Part shown: positions 54,549 to 64,000 of the stretch, one piece after another
Numbering within the stretch: position 1 is the first letter of the stretch
Layout: each line of letters begins with the position of its first letter
NCBI GenBank assembly: GCA_963825055.1
Contig: CAWGSK010000007.1
Location: 152,450 to 216,449, forward strand
Source: an uncultured Gemmatimonadales bacterium
GTDB lineage: Bacteria; Gemmatimonadota; Gemmatimonadetes; Gemmatimonadales; GWC2-71-9
Direction: 5' to 3'
Length of the DNA: 64,000 bases
Position numbers and translations under genes: made by a program
The notes under the pieces: generated by a model
Database searches by the model: none
What the model saw: the letters and a program-made list of their open reading frames with translations, nothing else
Told to the model about the DNA's origin: nothing

Positions 54549-57106
54549 GCCGGCGGGGAAACTGGGTCCGGATCGGGCAGGTGCTGCTGGTGCTGGCGCT
54601 GCTCCTTGCGGTCCTGACCTTCCTCCACCATGAACTCCGCCACTATGACCTCCGCGACATCAGCCGCACGACCTGGGGCATGCCGCGGGGGCAGATCCTC
54701 CTGGCCCTTGGCCTCACGGTGCTCGCGTTTCTCGTCCTGCCGGGGTACGACGCGATCGCGCTGGCCTATGCCGGACACCGCCTCCCGGCCGGGCGACTCT
54801 GGTTTGGCTCCACCATTGCCTACGGGGTGAGCCAGACCCTGGGGCTGCCGCTCCTCACCGGCGGTTCCATCCGCTACCGCTTCTGGTCACTCTGGGGTCT
54901 CTCCGCGGGTGATATCGCGAAGGCGGTGAGTTTCAGCGCCGCCAGTTTCGGCATTGGCATCATTACCGTGGGCGGCGTCGTGGCCGTCCTCGAACCGGCC
55001 TCCACCGCGCACCTGCTGCACCTGCCGTTCGCGTCACTCAAGCCGGTCGGCCTGCTGCTCCTTACCGTCACCGCCCTGTATGTCTGGTGGAGCGCCCGCC
55101 GGTCTCGGCCGCTCCGGATCGGGCCGTGGGAAATCCCGGTGCCGCCGCCCAGGCTCGCCGTGGCCCAGCTCCTCGTGGCCGCCATCGACTGGTCGGTTGC
55201 CGCCGCCGTACTCTACGTGCTGCTGCCCACGGGTCACGGACTCGGGTACGTGCCGTTCCTGGGCATCTTCGTCCTGGTGCAGTTCGCCGGCCTGGTGAGC
55301 CACGTACCCGGCGGCCTCGGCGTGGTGGAGGCGCTGATGCTGCTCCTCCTGCGACCATACTTCCCCGCCGATGAGGTCCTCGCCTCGCTGCTGGCCTATC
55401 GGGCGGTCTTCTACCTGCTGCCGTTCGTGGTGGCGGTCGGCCTGCTCGCCGCGCACGAGGCCTGGCGCCAGCGCCGACGCGCGCGCACCGTCGCCACCGC
55501 GGCCGGACGGTGGTGGCCCCATCTTGTCCCCCAGCTTCTCGCCGTCTCCACACTGCTCACCGGGGCGCTGATGCTGTTCTCGGGCGCGACGCCGGCCCTC
55601 CGGGGGCGCCTGGCGCTGCTCGATCGCCTGTTTCCGCTCTGGCTGGTCGAGGCTTCGCATTTCACGGCGAGCCTCGCCGGCACGATGCTCGTGCTCCTGG
55701 GATGGGCGCTCTGGCGACGGCTCGATGCGGCTTACCCACTGACCATCAGCGTGCTGCTGATCGCCATCACGACCTCTCTCCTGAAAGGGCTCGACTGGGA
55801 GGAGGCGGTCGTGGCGGGAGCCCTGCTGCTCGCCTTCCTGCCCTCGCGCCGGCACTTCCACCGGCGCGCGGCGCTCTTCAGTGAGCCGCCCAACGCCGAA
55901 TGGCTCGTGGCCGTCATCGCGGTGTTCGCGACGGCGGCCTGGCTCGGCCTGTTCGCCTACCGACACGTGGACTACACCAGTCAGTTGTGGTGGCGCTTCA
56001 CGCTCCGGGGTGACGCGCCGCGCTTCATGCGTGGCATGGTTGGCGGCATGACATTGTTGTTCATGGTCGGGGTGATGCGGCTGCTGCGCGCGGCCCGACA
56101 GCCCGATCCGCAGCCTTCGCTGGATGAGCTCGACCGGGCGGCGGGCATCGTGACCACCAGCGCCGAGGCCGCCGCCGGCCTGGCCCTCCTGGGCGACAAG
56201 TCGCTCCTCTTCAATGACGCCGGCACCGGCTTCATCATGTATGATGTCGAGGGCCGCAGCTGGGTGGCGATGGGCGACCCTGTCGGCCCGGCCCGGGAGG
56301 CGGCGGAACTCGCCTGGCGCTTCCACGAGATGGCCGACCGGAACGGCGGGTGGACCGTTTTCTATGAGGCCGGCACGCACTACCTGCCGATCTATATCGA
56401 CCTGGGGCTGAGCCTGCAGAAGGTGGGTGAGGAAGCGATCGTGCCGCTCCAGGGCTTTTCGCTCGAGGGCCCCTCGCGCCGGACGCTGCGCCGGGCGGTG
56501 CGCCAGGCTGAGAAGGAGGGCTGCGGCACCGAGATCATCCCCGCCGCGGGTGTGGGTGCGGTGCTGCCGGAGTTGCGACAGGTGTCCGACGCCTGGCTGC
56601 GCAGCCGGAATACGCGGGAGAAGCGCTTCTCGGTGGGCCGCTTCGATGAAGCCTACCTGAGCCGGACGCCCGTGGCCATCGTGCGGCGCGGCCACAGCAT
56701 CGTGGCGTTCGCCAACCTCTGGCCCGGGGATGGACGGCACGAACTCTCGGTCGACCTGATGCGCTACGGTCCGGAAGCCCCGGAAAGTGTCATGACCTAC
56801 CTGTTCGCGGAACTGCTCCTCTATGGCAGCGGCGCCGGCTACGAGCGCTTCAGCCTCGGCATGGCACCCCTCGCCGGCCTCGATCCGCGGCGCGAATCGC
56901 CGCTGTGGAACCGGATGGGGCACCTCGTGTACCGCCACGGGGAGCATTTCTACAACTTCAGGGGCCTGCGCGAGTACAAGGAAAAATTCGATCCGATCTG
57001 GGAGCCGCGGTTCCTGGCCTCGCCCGGCGGCCTGCAGCTCCCGCGGATCGTGGCAAACGTTGCCGCCCTCATCTCAGGCAGCCTGCGCGGCGCGATCGCC
57101 AAATGA
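54545..57106 (+). CDS. mprF: Bifunctional lysyl-phosphatidylglycerol flippase/synthetase
   Basis: HVPGGLGVVE, MGDPVG, VDLMR, LGMAPL, FYNFRGLREYKEKF. Confidence 0.93.
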   Translation: MSRRGNWVRIGQVLLVLALLLAVLTFLHHELRHYDLRDISRTTWGMPRGQILLALGLTVLAFLVLPGYDAIALAYAGHRLPAGRLWFGSTIAYGVSQTLGLPLLTGGSIRYRFWSLWGLSAGDIAKAVSFSAASFGIGIITVGGVVAVLEPASTAHLLHLPFASLKPVGLLLLTVTALYVWWSARRSRPLRIGPWEIPVPPPRLAVAQLLVAAIDWSVAAAVLYVLLPTGHGLGYVPFLGIFVLVQFAGLVSHVPGGLGVVEALMLLLLRPYFPADEVLASLLAYRAVFYLLPFVVAVGLLAAHEAWRQRRRARTVATAAGRWWPHLVPQLLAVSTLLTGALMLFSGATPALRGRLALLDRLFPLWLVEASHFTASLAGTMLVLLGWALWRRLDAAYPLTISVLLIAITTSLLKGLDWEEAVVAGALLLAFLPSRRHFHRRAALFSEPPNAEWLVAVIAVFATAAWLGLFAYRHVDYTSQLWWRFTLRGDAPRFMRGMVGGMTLLFMVGVMRLLRAARQPDPQPSLDELDRAAGIVTTSAEAAAGLALLGDKSLLFNDAGTGFIMYDVEGRSWVAMGDPVGPAREAAELAWRFHEMADRNGGWTVFYEAGTHYLPIYIDLGLSLQKVGEEAIVPLQGFSLEGPSRRTLRRAVRQAEKEGCGTEIIPAAGVGAVLPELRQVSDAWLRSRNTREKRFSVGRFDEAYLSRTPVAIVRRGHSIVAFANLWPGDGRHELSVDLMRYGPEAPESVMTYLFAELLLYGSGAGYERFSLGMAPLAGLDPRRESPLWNRMGHLVYRHGEHFYNFRGLREYKEKFDPIWEPRFLASPGGLQLPRIVANVAALISGSLRGAIAK

Positions 57107-57786
57107 CACCGCGCCTGGCGCTCGTCCTCCTGCTCACACTGCCACTGGCCGGCTGCGGGGGGCACGCCGACCGCGAAGGGCTGCCGCTCGTGCACCTCCC
57201 GGCCGACAGGCCGGGTGACACTGCCGCCGTCATCATTTCGGGCGACGGCGGCTGGGCGGGGATCGACCGGGGAATCGGCAACTATCTCGCCGACCACGGC
57301 GTCAGCGTCGTCGGACTGAACGCACTGCGCTACTTCTGGGTCCCGCGCACGCCTGACGGTACCGCGCGGCACCTTGCCCGACTCATCGCAACGACGCTGC
57401 AGGAGGACGGGGCCCACCACGTGCTGCTCATCGGCTACTCGCGGGGGGCGGACGTGTTGCCCTTCGTCGTCCCCCTGCTGCCCGATTCCCTTCGCCGGTT
57501 CGTGGCCTCCGTGGCGCTCGTGGCCCCGTCACGCCACGCGAGTTTCGAATTTCACTTCATCGACCTCATCACGAGCGGAAAGGGCTCACTCGACGTCGTG
57601 CGGGCCATCACGGGTCTGCGGGGAATCCGCGTGCTCTGCATCTACGGCGTCGATGATCCTGATGCCGCCTGCCCCCACCTCCCACCGGAAGCGGCGAGGA
57701 TCGTCAGGATGAAGGGTGGGCACCATCTGGACGGGGCATACCAGGAGATAGCGAAGAGGATCCTGAGGGAGACGACAGAGAAATAG
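57103..57786 (+). CDS. acvB: AcvB/VirJ-family lysyl-PG hydrolase
   Basis: SGDGGW, LRYFW, IGYSRGAD, CIYG, GGHH; coupled to mprF. Confidence 0.88.
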   Translation: MTPRLALVLLLTLPLAGCGGHADREGLPLVHLPADRPGDTAAVIISGDGGWAGIDRGIGNYLADHGVSVVGLNALRYFWVPRTPDGTARHLARLIATTLQEDGAHHVLLIGYSRGADVLPFVVPLLPDSLRRFVASVALVAPSRHASFEFHFIDLITSGKGSLDVVRAITGLRGIRVLCIYGVDDPDAACPHLPPEAARIVRMKGGHHLDGAYQEIAKRILRETTEK

Positions 57787-58299
57787 CGGGGACAGGGCGG
57801 TCGTGAAGAGGGCGGTCGCAAAGAGGGCGGACGGGAACAACGGACGAAGAGGGCGGACGTGAAGAGGGCGGACGAGAAAAGGGCGGACGAGAACAGGGCG
57901 GTCAGGCGGTCGGGCGGTCGGGCGGTCAGGCGGACGGGGTCTGTCCGGGGGGTCGCGCATCGAGTCATAAAGTTTCCAGAGCAGCTTGCTCGCTCGCTCT
58001 CGCACCTCCTCAGTCCTTCGGAATTCTTCGGGACTGAGGTAGCCCAGCTCGTTAGCGAGGCGCAACAGGTAGGTCAGCTCCGACAGGGAACCCCTCGCAA
58101 GATCCAGGAATCGACGGAACTCTCGTGCGCCTCTCCTCGAAGATCCCTCGACGATGTTGGCAGCTGCCGACACAGCCGCGCGTCGTACCTGGGAGGTGAG
58201 GCCGTAGCGTTCATCCTGGGGCCACCTACCGGTCAATTCGTAGACAAGCAGCACGAGACGATGGCAGTGTTGCCAGGCGATCAGATTCTCGAAGCGCAT
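57586..58299 (-). CDS. Four-helix-bundle (23S_rRNA_IVP/TIGR02436, Avd-like) protein; domain ends ~57955 and the ORF reads on through the repeats
   Basis: FENLIAWQ, WPQDERYGLTSQVRRAAVSAAANIVEG, FLDLARGSLSE. Confidence 0.9.
   Translation of the reverse strand: MRFENLIAWQHCHRLVLLVYELTGRWPQDERYGLTSQVRRAAVSAAANIVEGSSRRGAREFRRFLDLARGSLSELTYLLRLANELGYLSPEEFRRTEEVRERASKLLWKLYDSMRDPPDRPRPPDRPTARPPDRPVLVRPFLVRPLHVRPLRPLFPSALFATALFTTALSPLFLCRLPQDPLRYLLVCPVQMVPTLHPDDPRRFRWEVGAGGIRIIDAVDAEHADSPQTRDGPHDVE
57790..57940. repeat. Left arm: 15-mer then 8-mer GGGCGGWC repeats
   Basis: gaagagggcggacgt-type units followed by gggcggtc/aggcggtc units. Confidence 0.85.
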
Positions 58300-58346
58300 T
58301 GTCTACCCTGGCGTCTTGCACTCAACCGAGCGACAACACACGTTTG

Positions 58347-58466
58347 GTCCGCCCGTCCGCCCGTCCGCCCGTCCGCCCGTCCGCCCGTCCGCCCGTCCGC
58401 CCGTCCGCCCGTCCGCCCGTCCGCCCGTCCGCCCGTCCGCCCGTCCGCCCGTCCGCCCGTCCGCCC
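58347..58466. repeat. Right arm: perfect (GTCCGCCC)x15
   Basis: 120 nt of perfect octamer, reverse complement of GGGCGGAC. Confidence 0.95.
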
Positions 58467-58506
58467 TCCTTGTAACTCCACCAATGCCATCCACTTACCA
58501 CACCCC

Positions 58507-58550
58507 TTGACCACCCTCCCGACGCTACTAACTTACTGACCAGTCAGTAA
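58507..58550 (+). promoter_or_regulatory. Promoter with palindromic TetR operator
   Basis: TTGACC (-35), TAACTT (-10), operator TTACTGAC-ca-GTCAGTAA at 58533-58550. Confidence 0.7.
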
Positions 58551-58571
58551 CTAGCACGCGAGGGAGACACA

Positions 58572-59231
58572 GTGACCCCTGAGGACGCAAAAGAACCCAA
58601 ATGGTCCCGCCGGCCGGACGATCGTCCGGAGGAACTGCTCACCGCCGCCCTGACGGAGTTCAGCGAAAAGGGCTTCGCCCGGGCCCGCCTCGAAGACGTG
58701 GCCCGCCGGGCCGGCGTCAGCAAGGGCACGGTGTACCTCTACTTCGAATCGAAGGAAGCGCTGTTCCGCGAGGCGGTCCGCGCCCGGCTGACCGAAGTAT
58801 TCGCCGGGCAGGACGAATTGATCGAGAAACACCAGGGGACCACGCGTGAGCTGCTGGAACTGTTCATCCGGCGTATGTGGGCCGTGGTGCGCAGCGCGGA
58901 GATCTGCGGCATCGCGCGCCTGGTCCAGAGCGAGCTGGATCAGTTCCCCGACCTCGCCCGCTTCTGGATGGACGAGGTGGTGACGCGCACCCGGGCGCAG
59001 CTCAAGGTGGTACTCGATCGTGGCGCGGAGTCGGGGGAGTTCCGTTCGTCGGACAATCCCTTCCTGACCCGCGCCATCCCGGCCCTCGTGGTGAACACCG
59101 CGCAGTTCCAGCGCACCTTCGGCAACATCGATCCGACCGGCATGTCGGATGCCGACGTGCTCGACGGAGTGATCGACTTCATTCTCCACGGAACCCTGAG
59201 CCGCCGGGACCAGCCCGGCAGGACTGAATAG
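58572..59231 (+). CDS. TetR/AcrR-family regulator
   Basis: FSEKGF, VARRAGVSKGTVYLYFESKEALF. Confidence 0.93.
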   Translation: MTPEDAKEPKWSRRPDDRPEELLTAALTEFSEKGFARARLEDVARRAGVSKGTVYLYFESKEALFREAVRARLTEVFAGQDELIEKHQGTTRELLELFIRRMWAVVRSAEICGIARLVQSELDQFPDLARFWMDEVVTRTRAQLKVVLDRGAESGEFRSSDNPFLTRAIPALVVNTAQFQRTFGNIDPTGMSDADVLDGVIDFILHGTLSRRDQPGRTE

Positions 59232-59232
59232 A

Positions 59233-60534
59233 GTGCGCCGCTTCTTCCTGGCGCTTGCCGCGCTGCTCCTGGCCACGGCCCCGCTTGCCGCGCAGGCGGA
59301 CGCACATCCGATGACGCTCACGGAGGCGATCGCGATCGGACGTCTCCGCGCGGTTGACGCCACGCTGTCCCGCCTCGGCGCCGAGATCGCCGGACAGAAG
59401 ACGCGCGAGCGCCGGGCGGCGCTGCTGCCGACCATCGCAGGCTCGGCCACCGTGACCCGACAGACCCTGAACCTGGATGAGTTCGGGATTCCGGTCGCGA
59501 CCGGCGTGACCGACCCGTTCACGATCTACCGCTTCCAGGCCACCGTGCACCAGGCGCTGTTCGACGCGGCCGCCTTCGCCCGGCTGAAGGCCGCGCGCGA
59601 TTCGGCCGTGGCGGCCGGGCTCGATGCGCAGGCCGTGGGCGATCTCAGCGGGGCCGCCGCCGGGGTCGCCTGGCTCCGGGTGCTGAGCGCCCGCGAGACC
59701 GTGAAGGCGCGCCAGGCCGACAGCACAGTGGCCGCGAGCCTGCTGGATCAATCGCGCCAGCTGGTGGACGCCGGTGTGAGCCCGGCGATCGACGCCACGC
59801 GGAGCGATGTCAGCTTCGCCGCCATCCGGAGCCGGCTCGAAATCGCCCGCAACCAGTATGACCGTGCCCGGCTCGACCTGATCCGGATGCTGGGCGTCCC
59901 GTCGGACTCGGCGTTCGCGATCGCCGACTCGGTGACTCTCGGCATGCCGGACGTGCCTGCCGATCAGGCCGGCGCCGTGACCTACGCTCGCGAGCACCGG
60001 GCCGAGCTGGCCGCGGAGCACGCGCGCACCGTGGTCGCCCAGCGGCGGCTCAAGGCCTACCGGTACGAGAACCTCCCGACGCTTGTGGGCGGAGGCGCCA
60101 TCGGGGAGAGCGGCCAGCACACCGGCACGCTCGCCTCCACCTGGAGCCTCCAGCTCGGGCTCTCCATCCCGATCTTCGACGGTTTCCGCCGCCAGGCCCG
60201 GAGCGGGGAGCAGTCGATCCTGCTCGAGGCGCAGCAGGCCCGCGAGGCCGACCTCCGGAACCGGATCGACACGGAGGCCCGTGAGGCCGTGCTCGACCTG
60301 GCTTCCGCGCGGCAGCAGGTGCAGGTGGCGGAGGAGCGCCTCACCCTGGCGGAACAGGAGCTCGACCAGGCCGGCGAGCGTTTCACCGCCGGCGTCGCCG
60401 GAACGGTGGAAACGACCAACGCGCAGGCGTCGGTCATTGACGCGCGCGACGGGCTCATCCAGGCCCGCGTGAATGGCTGGACCGCACTCGTAAACCTTTA
60501 CCGCGCGCTCGGCGCGCTCGACGACATTCCATGA
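59233..60534 (+). CDS. TolC-family outer-membrane efflux protein
   Basis: Signal peptide, LLPTI, LSIPIFDG, LYRALG. Confidence 0.88.
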   Translation: MRRFFLALAALLLATAPLAAQADAHPMTLTEAIAIGRLRAVDATLSRLGAEIAGQKTRERRAALLPTIAGSATVTRQTLNLDEFGIPVATGVTDPFTIYRFQATVHQALFDAAAFARLKAARDSAVAAGLDAQAVGDLSGAAAGVAWLRVLSARETVKARQADSTVAASLLDQSRQLVDAGVSPAIDATRSDVSFAAIRSRLEIARNQYDRARLDLIRMLGVPSDSAFAIADSVTLGMPDVPADQAGAVTYAREHRAELAAEHARTVVAQRRLKAYRYENLPTLVGGGAIGESGQHTGTLASTWSLQLGLSIPIFDGFRRQARSGEQSILLEAQQAREADLRNRIDTEAREAVLDLASARQQVQVAEERLTLAEQELDQAGERFTAGVAGTVETTNAQASVIDARDGLIQARVNGWTALVNLYRALGALDDIP

Positions 60535-61618
60535 CCGCACCTAACGACACCGTGACCAATACCCCCGAAGGCAAGGGACGCCGGAAGCTGGTCCGCTACG
60601 CCATCCTCGGCGTGATCGTTCTCGCCCTCGCTCGGGTGGGGGCTCAACAAGTACCTGTACTCGCGGCACCACGTAAGCACGGACAACGCGCAGGTGGACG
60701 GGCACGTCACCATCATCGCGCCGCGCGTCTCGTCCTTCGTCGCGCGCGTGCTGGTGGACGACAACGAGCATGTGGACGAGGGGGACACCCTCCTGGTGCT
60801 CGATACCCGCGACCTGCAGGTCAGGCTCGAGCTGGCGGAGGCCGACCTCCGGACCGCCGAGGCGTCGGCGGGGAACGGTGGCAGCGCGGGGCAGGCCGCC
60901 GCGCAGTATCAGGCCAGCCGCTCGCAGGCCTCGGCCTCGACGTCTGCCGTGGAAGCGGCGGAGGCCGCCAATGCGAAGGCGCAGGCCGACCTGAACCGGT
61001 ATCGCGAGCTGGCGGCCAAGAAGATCATCGCCGCGCAGCAACTCGACCAGGCCGAGGCGGCGGCGCGTTCGGCGGCGGCCAACCTGGAGTCCGCGCGCCG
61101 GCAGGCCTCGGCCGCGCAGAGCCAGGTGACCGGCATGTCGGCGGGAATGCGCGCAGCGGATGCGCGGCTTCAGGCGGCGCAGGCCGCGGTGGACAATGCG
61201 AAGCTCCAGCTGGGGTATGCCGTCATCACGGCGCCGCAGTCCGGCATCGTGGCCAGGCGGAACGTGGATCCCGGGCGCGCTGGTGCAGGTGGGGCAGGCT
61301 CTCATGGCCGTCGTGCCGGACCAGGACGTCTGGGTCACCGCCAACCTCAAGGAAACCCAGCTCAACGACCTGGCCGTGGGCGACAGCGCGCACTTCAGCG
61401 TGGATGCGTATCCCGGGCGGGACTTCCATGGCGTGGTGGAGAGCCTGAGCCCGGCCACGGGCGCCACCTTCGCGCTGCTTCCGCCGGACAACGCGACGGG
61501 CAACTTCACCAAGGTCGTCCAGCGCGTCCCGGTGCGGATCGCGGTGGCCGAATCGGAGCAGGACGGCCGTCCGCTCCGGCCCGGCATGTCGGTCGAAGTG
61601 ACCATCACCACGAAGTGA
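60531..61618 (+). CDS. emrA: EmrA/HlyD membrane fusion protein (two apparent frameshifts at ~60630 and ~61272)
   Basis: STDNAQVDG, WVTANLKETQL, LLPPDNATGNFTKVVQRVPVRI spread over frame changes. Confidence 0.85.
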
Positions 61619-61622
61619 CCGC

Positions 61623-63211
61623 GTGACGAGTATCGCACTGCCTTCCCGGCGGCGGATGAGCCGGGTTGGCGGTTTACGTGCCCGGTACATGATCGCATTC
61701 GCGGTCGTGCTTGCGAGCGTGCTCGAGCTGGTGGACACCAGCATCGTGAACGTGGCCATTCCCCACATGATGGGGAACCTGGGCGCCACCCTCGAGGAAA
61801 TCGCGTGGGTGAGCACCGGGTACATCGTCGCCAACGTCATCATTCTGCCGCTCACCGGCTGGCTCAGCAACCGGTTCGGGCGGCGGAACTATTACACCGG
61901 CTCCGTCATTCTGTTCACGACGGCCAGCTTCTTCTGCGGCAACGCCCACAGCCTCGAGGCGCTGGTGTTCTGGCGCGTGGTGCAGGGCATCGGCGGCGGG
62001 GCGCTCATTTCCACGGCGCAGGCCATTCTCTTCGACGTCTTCCCGAGGGAGGAGCACGGGACGGCCATGGCCATCTTCGGCATGGGCGTCATGGTGGGCC
62101 CGACGCTGGGCCCGACGCTGGGTGGCTGGCTCACCGACAACTACTCCTGGCCCTGGATCTTCTTCATCAACGTCCCGCTCGGCATCATGGCGGCGTGGAT
62201 GACGTGGCAGTACGTCCCCGAGCCGGAGCACGAGCCGGAGGAGATCCCGAGGGTGGACTGGCTGGGGCTGGCGCTCCTGATCATCGGCATCGGGTCGCTC
62301 CAGATCCTGCTCGAGCGGGGCGAATCCCAGGGCTGGTTCGAGTCACGGGAAATCGTGGCGGAGACCGTGCTGGCGGTGAGCGCCATTGTCCTCTTCATCT
62401 GGCACGAGCTCCGGACCCGGTGGCCGGTGGTGGACCTCCGGATCCTCAAGAACCGCCAGCTTACCGCCGGCGTCGTCTACGGGCTGGCACTGGGCTTCGC
62501 GCTCTATGCCAGCGTCTTCGCCCTGCCGGTCTTCCTCCAGACCCTGCTGGGGTACACCGCCTGGGACACCGGCCTCGTCATCCTGCCGGGCGCCATCGCC
62601 AGTGCGGTCACCATGGCCGTCATGGGCCGGCTGGGGACCCGGGTGGATGCCCGGCTCTCCATGCTGGCGGGTGCCGGCCTGTTCTTCTGGGCCATGTGGC
62701 TGCACTCCCACTTCACCCTGGACATCGGCCTGCATGACCTCTTCTGGCCCATGGTTCTGCGCGGGGCGGGCCTCGGCCTCATCTTCGTGCCGCTGACCCA
62801 GGTCGCCGTGGCCGACCTGCCCAGCCAGCGCATGGCCCAGGGCACCGGCCTCTTCAACCTGAGCCGCCAGCTGGGCGGCAGCTTCGGCATCGCCGTCACC
62901 GCCACCCTGATCACCCGGTTCAGCGAGAAGGCCCGGGTGGCGCTCCTGCCCGAACCTGACCGCAGATGGACAGCAACACCCGGGGGTGGCTGGCGGCGGT
63001 CACCCGCCGGATGGCGCAGGAGGGGGGCAGCCTGGCCGAGGCCCACCACAAGGCCCTCGCCCTGCTGGACGGCATGCTGAGGCGCCAGGCCGGCGTCATC
63101 GCCTTCGAGAAGATCTTTCTGCTGATGGGGATTGTCTTCGTGTGCGCCCTGCCGCTCCTTCTCGTCTTCCGGGTGGGGAAGTCGACCGGCGGGGGCGGGG
63201 TGGCCCACTAG
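61623..63211 (+). CDS. emrB: EmrB/DHA2 MFS efflux transporter (apparent frameshift at ~62950-62966)
   Basis: LVDTSIVNVAIP, WVSTGY, GPTLGGWLTDNYSWPWIFFINVP, RQLGGSFG; C-terminus continues in another frame. Confidence 0.88.
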
Positions 63212-63289
63212 GCGGTGTTTGCCGCCTTGAATTCGGGCACGGAATTCGCTAGCCTTCTGCCCCGGCCGGGTACGCCGGCAGCAGGTCTT

Positions 63290-63363
63290 TCCCGAGTAGC
63301 TCAGTTGGTTAGAGCAGCTGACTGTTAATCAGCGGGTCGGGGGTTCGAGTCCCTCCTCGGGAG
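63290..63363 (+). tRNA. tRNA-Asn (GTT)
   Basis: Acceptor TCCCGAG/CTCGGGA, anticodon loop CT-GTT-AA, T-loop GTTCGAG. Confidence 0.95.
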
Positions 63364-63448
63364 TTACCCAGGGCCCTAACGGGCCCTGGGTCACGCCCAA
63401 TGAGGGCCTCCGCCACCGCGGCTCGCCTCTGGCTCGCCGCATTACTGG

Positions 63449-63469
63449 TCGAGTCCCTCCTCGGGAGTT
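63449..63469 (+). repeat. 21-bp direct duplication of the tRNA-Asn 3' end (att-like)
   Basis: TCGAGTCCCTCCTCGGGAGTT identical to 63345-63365. Confidence 0.9.
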
Positions 63470-64000
63470 CTCAACACTACAACGACTTAGCACTACGGGC
63501 GGCCCGTCTGGGGCCGCCCGTTCTTGCGCAAATGTGCGCCGGTTGTGCGCCGGTGCGCCCAGCACGGGAGGGGAAGGTGAAGAAAGCCCCGCGACTCGTG
63601 GTCATGGTTGTTGCTCTATTCCTGCTCCTGTTTCCACCTTTGAAGGCCACGCTCTAGTTTAGCTACGACCTATACCCCCCTCTTACCCAACAACTGCCAT
63701 GGCCAGTGGCGTCTCTTACCTCCACGTGGAACCATGAGCACCCCCGGCCGTGGTACGGTGCGATAGGCGGGCCGCCTCCGGGCCGTTTCCCGGCTCTCCC
63801 GACGGGCGCCAGCGGCCGGGCGCATCGAGACTTTACCAGCAGGTGACCGGGTTACCCGCCCTGCCCTTGCGCGTCCACAGGATATCAGCAAACTGGAGAT
63901 GGGCGCCTGACAGGAGGATGCGGGCTTTCGGGGTATCCCGGGGAGCGCATCGAGGCCCCTGCTGAAGCTGCTCAGGCCCGGCGCCAGAGCGTGATCGAAT

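Noticed and set aside
57586..58299. Diversity-generating retroelement suggested by the Avd-like genes
   Set aside because: No reverse transcriptase and no TR/VR pair with adenine-specific mismatches in the window; the 23.3-kb inverted pair differs at various bases and is codon-conserving.
60531..63211. Programmed frameshifting or pseudogenisation of emrAB
   Set aside because: Several isolated single-base indels without slippery motifs in otherwise conserved genes; most simply explained as long-read consensus errors.
63670..64000. Possible gene at the window end
   Set aside because: No recognisable motif in any frame; truncated by the window edge.

Overview
High-GC bacterial chromosomal window. 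Gene content and order suggest a Gemmatimonadota-like organism (inference, not demonstrated). Core content: a phosphate-starvation cluster on the minus strand (arsR, phoB, phoR, STAS, porin, pstSCAB-pstB, phoU, ppx) with 11-bp-periodic PHO-like boxes; a divergent nucleotide/nucleoside salvage operon (tandem 5'-nucleotidase, add, nupC, PNP); thiD, an M48 peptidase, trmH, pilD; ffh-rpsP-rimM-trmD-rplS-rnhB; an M1 aminopeptidase; envelope genes (two serine hydrolases, mltD, slt, mprF-acvB); moaC, holB; a TetR-TolC-EmrAB efflux operon; tRNA-Lys and tRNA-Asn. Right after tRNA-Lys lies a ~9 kb insert. It is mostly unreadable poly-A/AG low-complexity sequence (probable assembly or basecalling artefact) around a phage-like operon: an HTH protein, small ORFs and a frameshifted large terminase, with no portal or capsid gene visible. 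The most striking unexplained structure is a family of intergenic sites made of inverted arms of 7-, 8-, 9- or 15-nt tandem repeats. These occur either empty or enclosing four-helix-bundle (23S_rRNA_IVP/Avd-like) genes, and often supply the stop codons of neighbouring genes. Each is surrounded by a strand-asymmetric cytosine depletion pointing towards the site, judged by eye.
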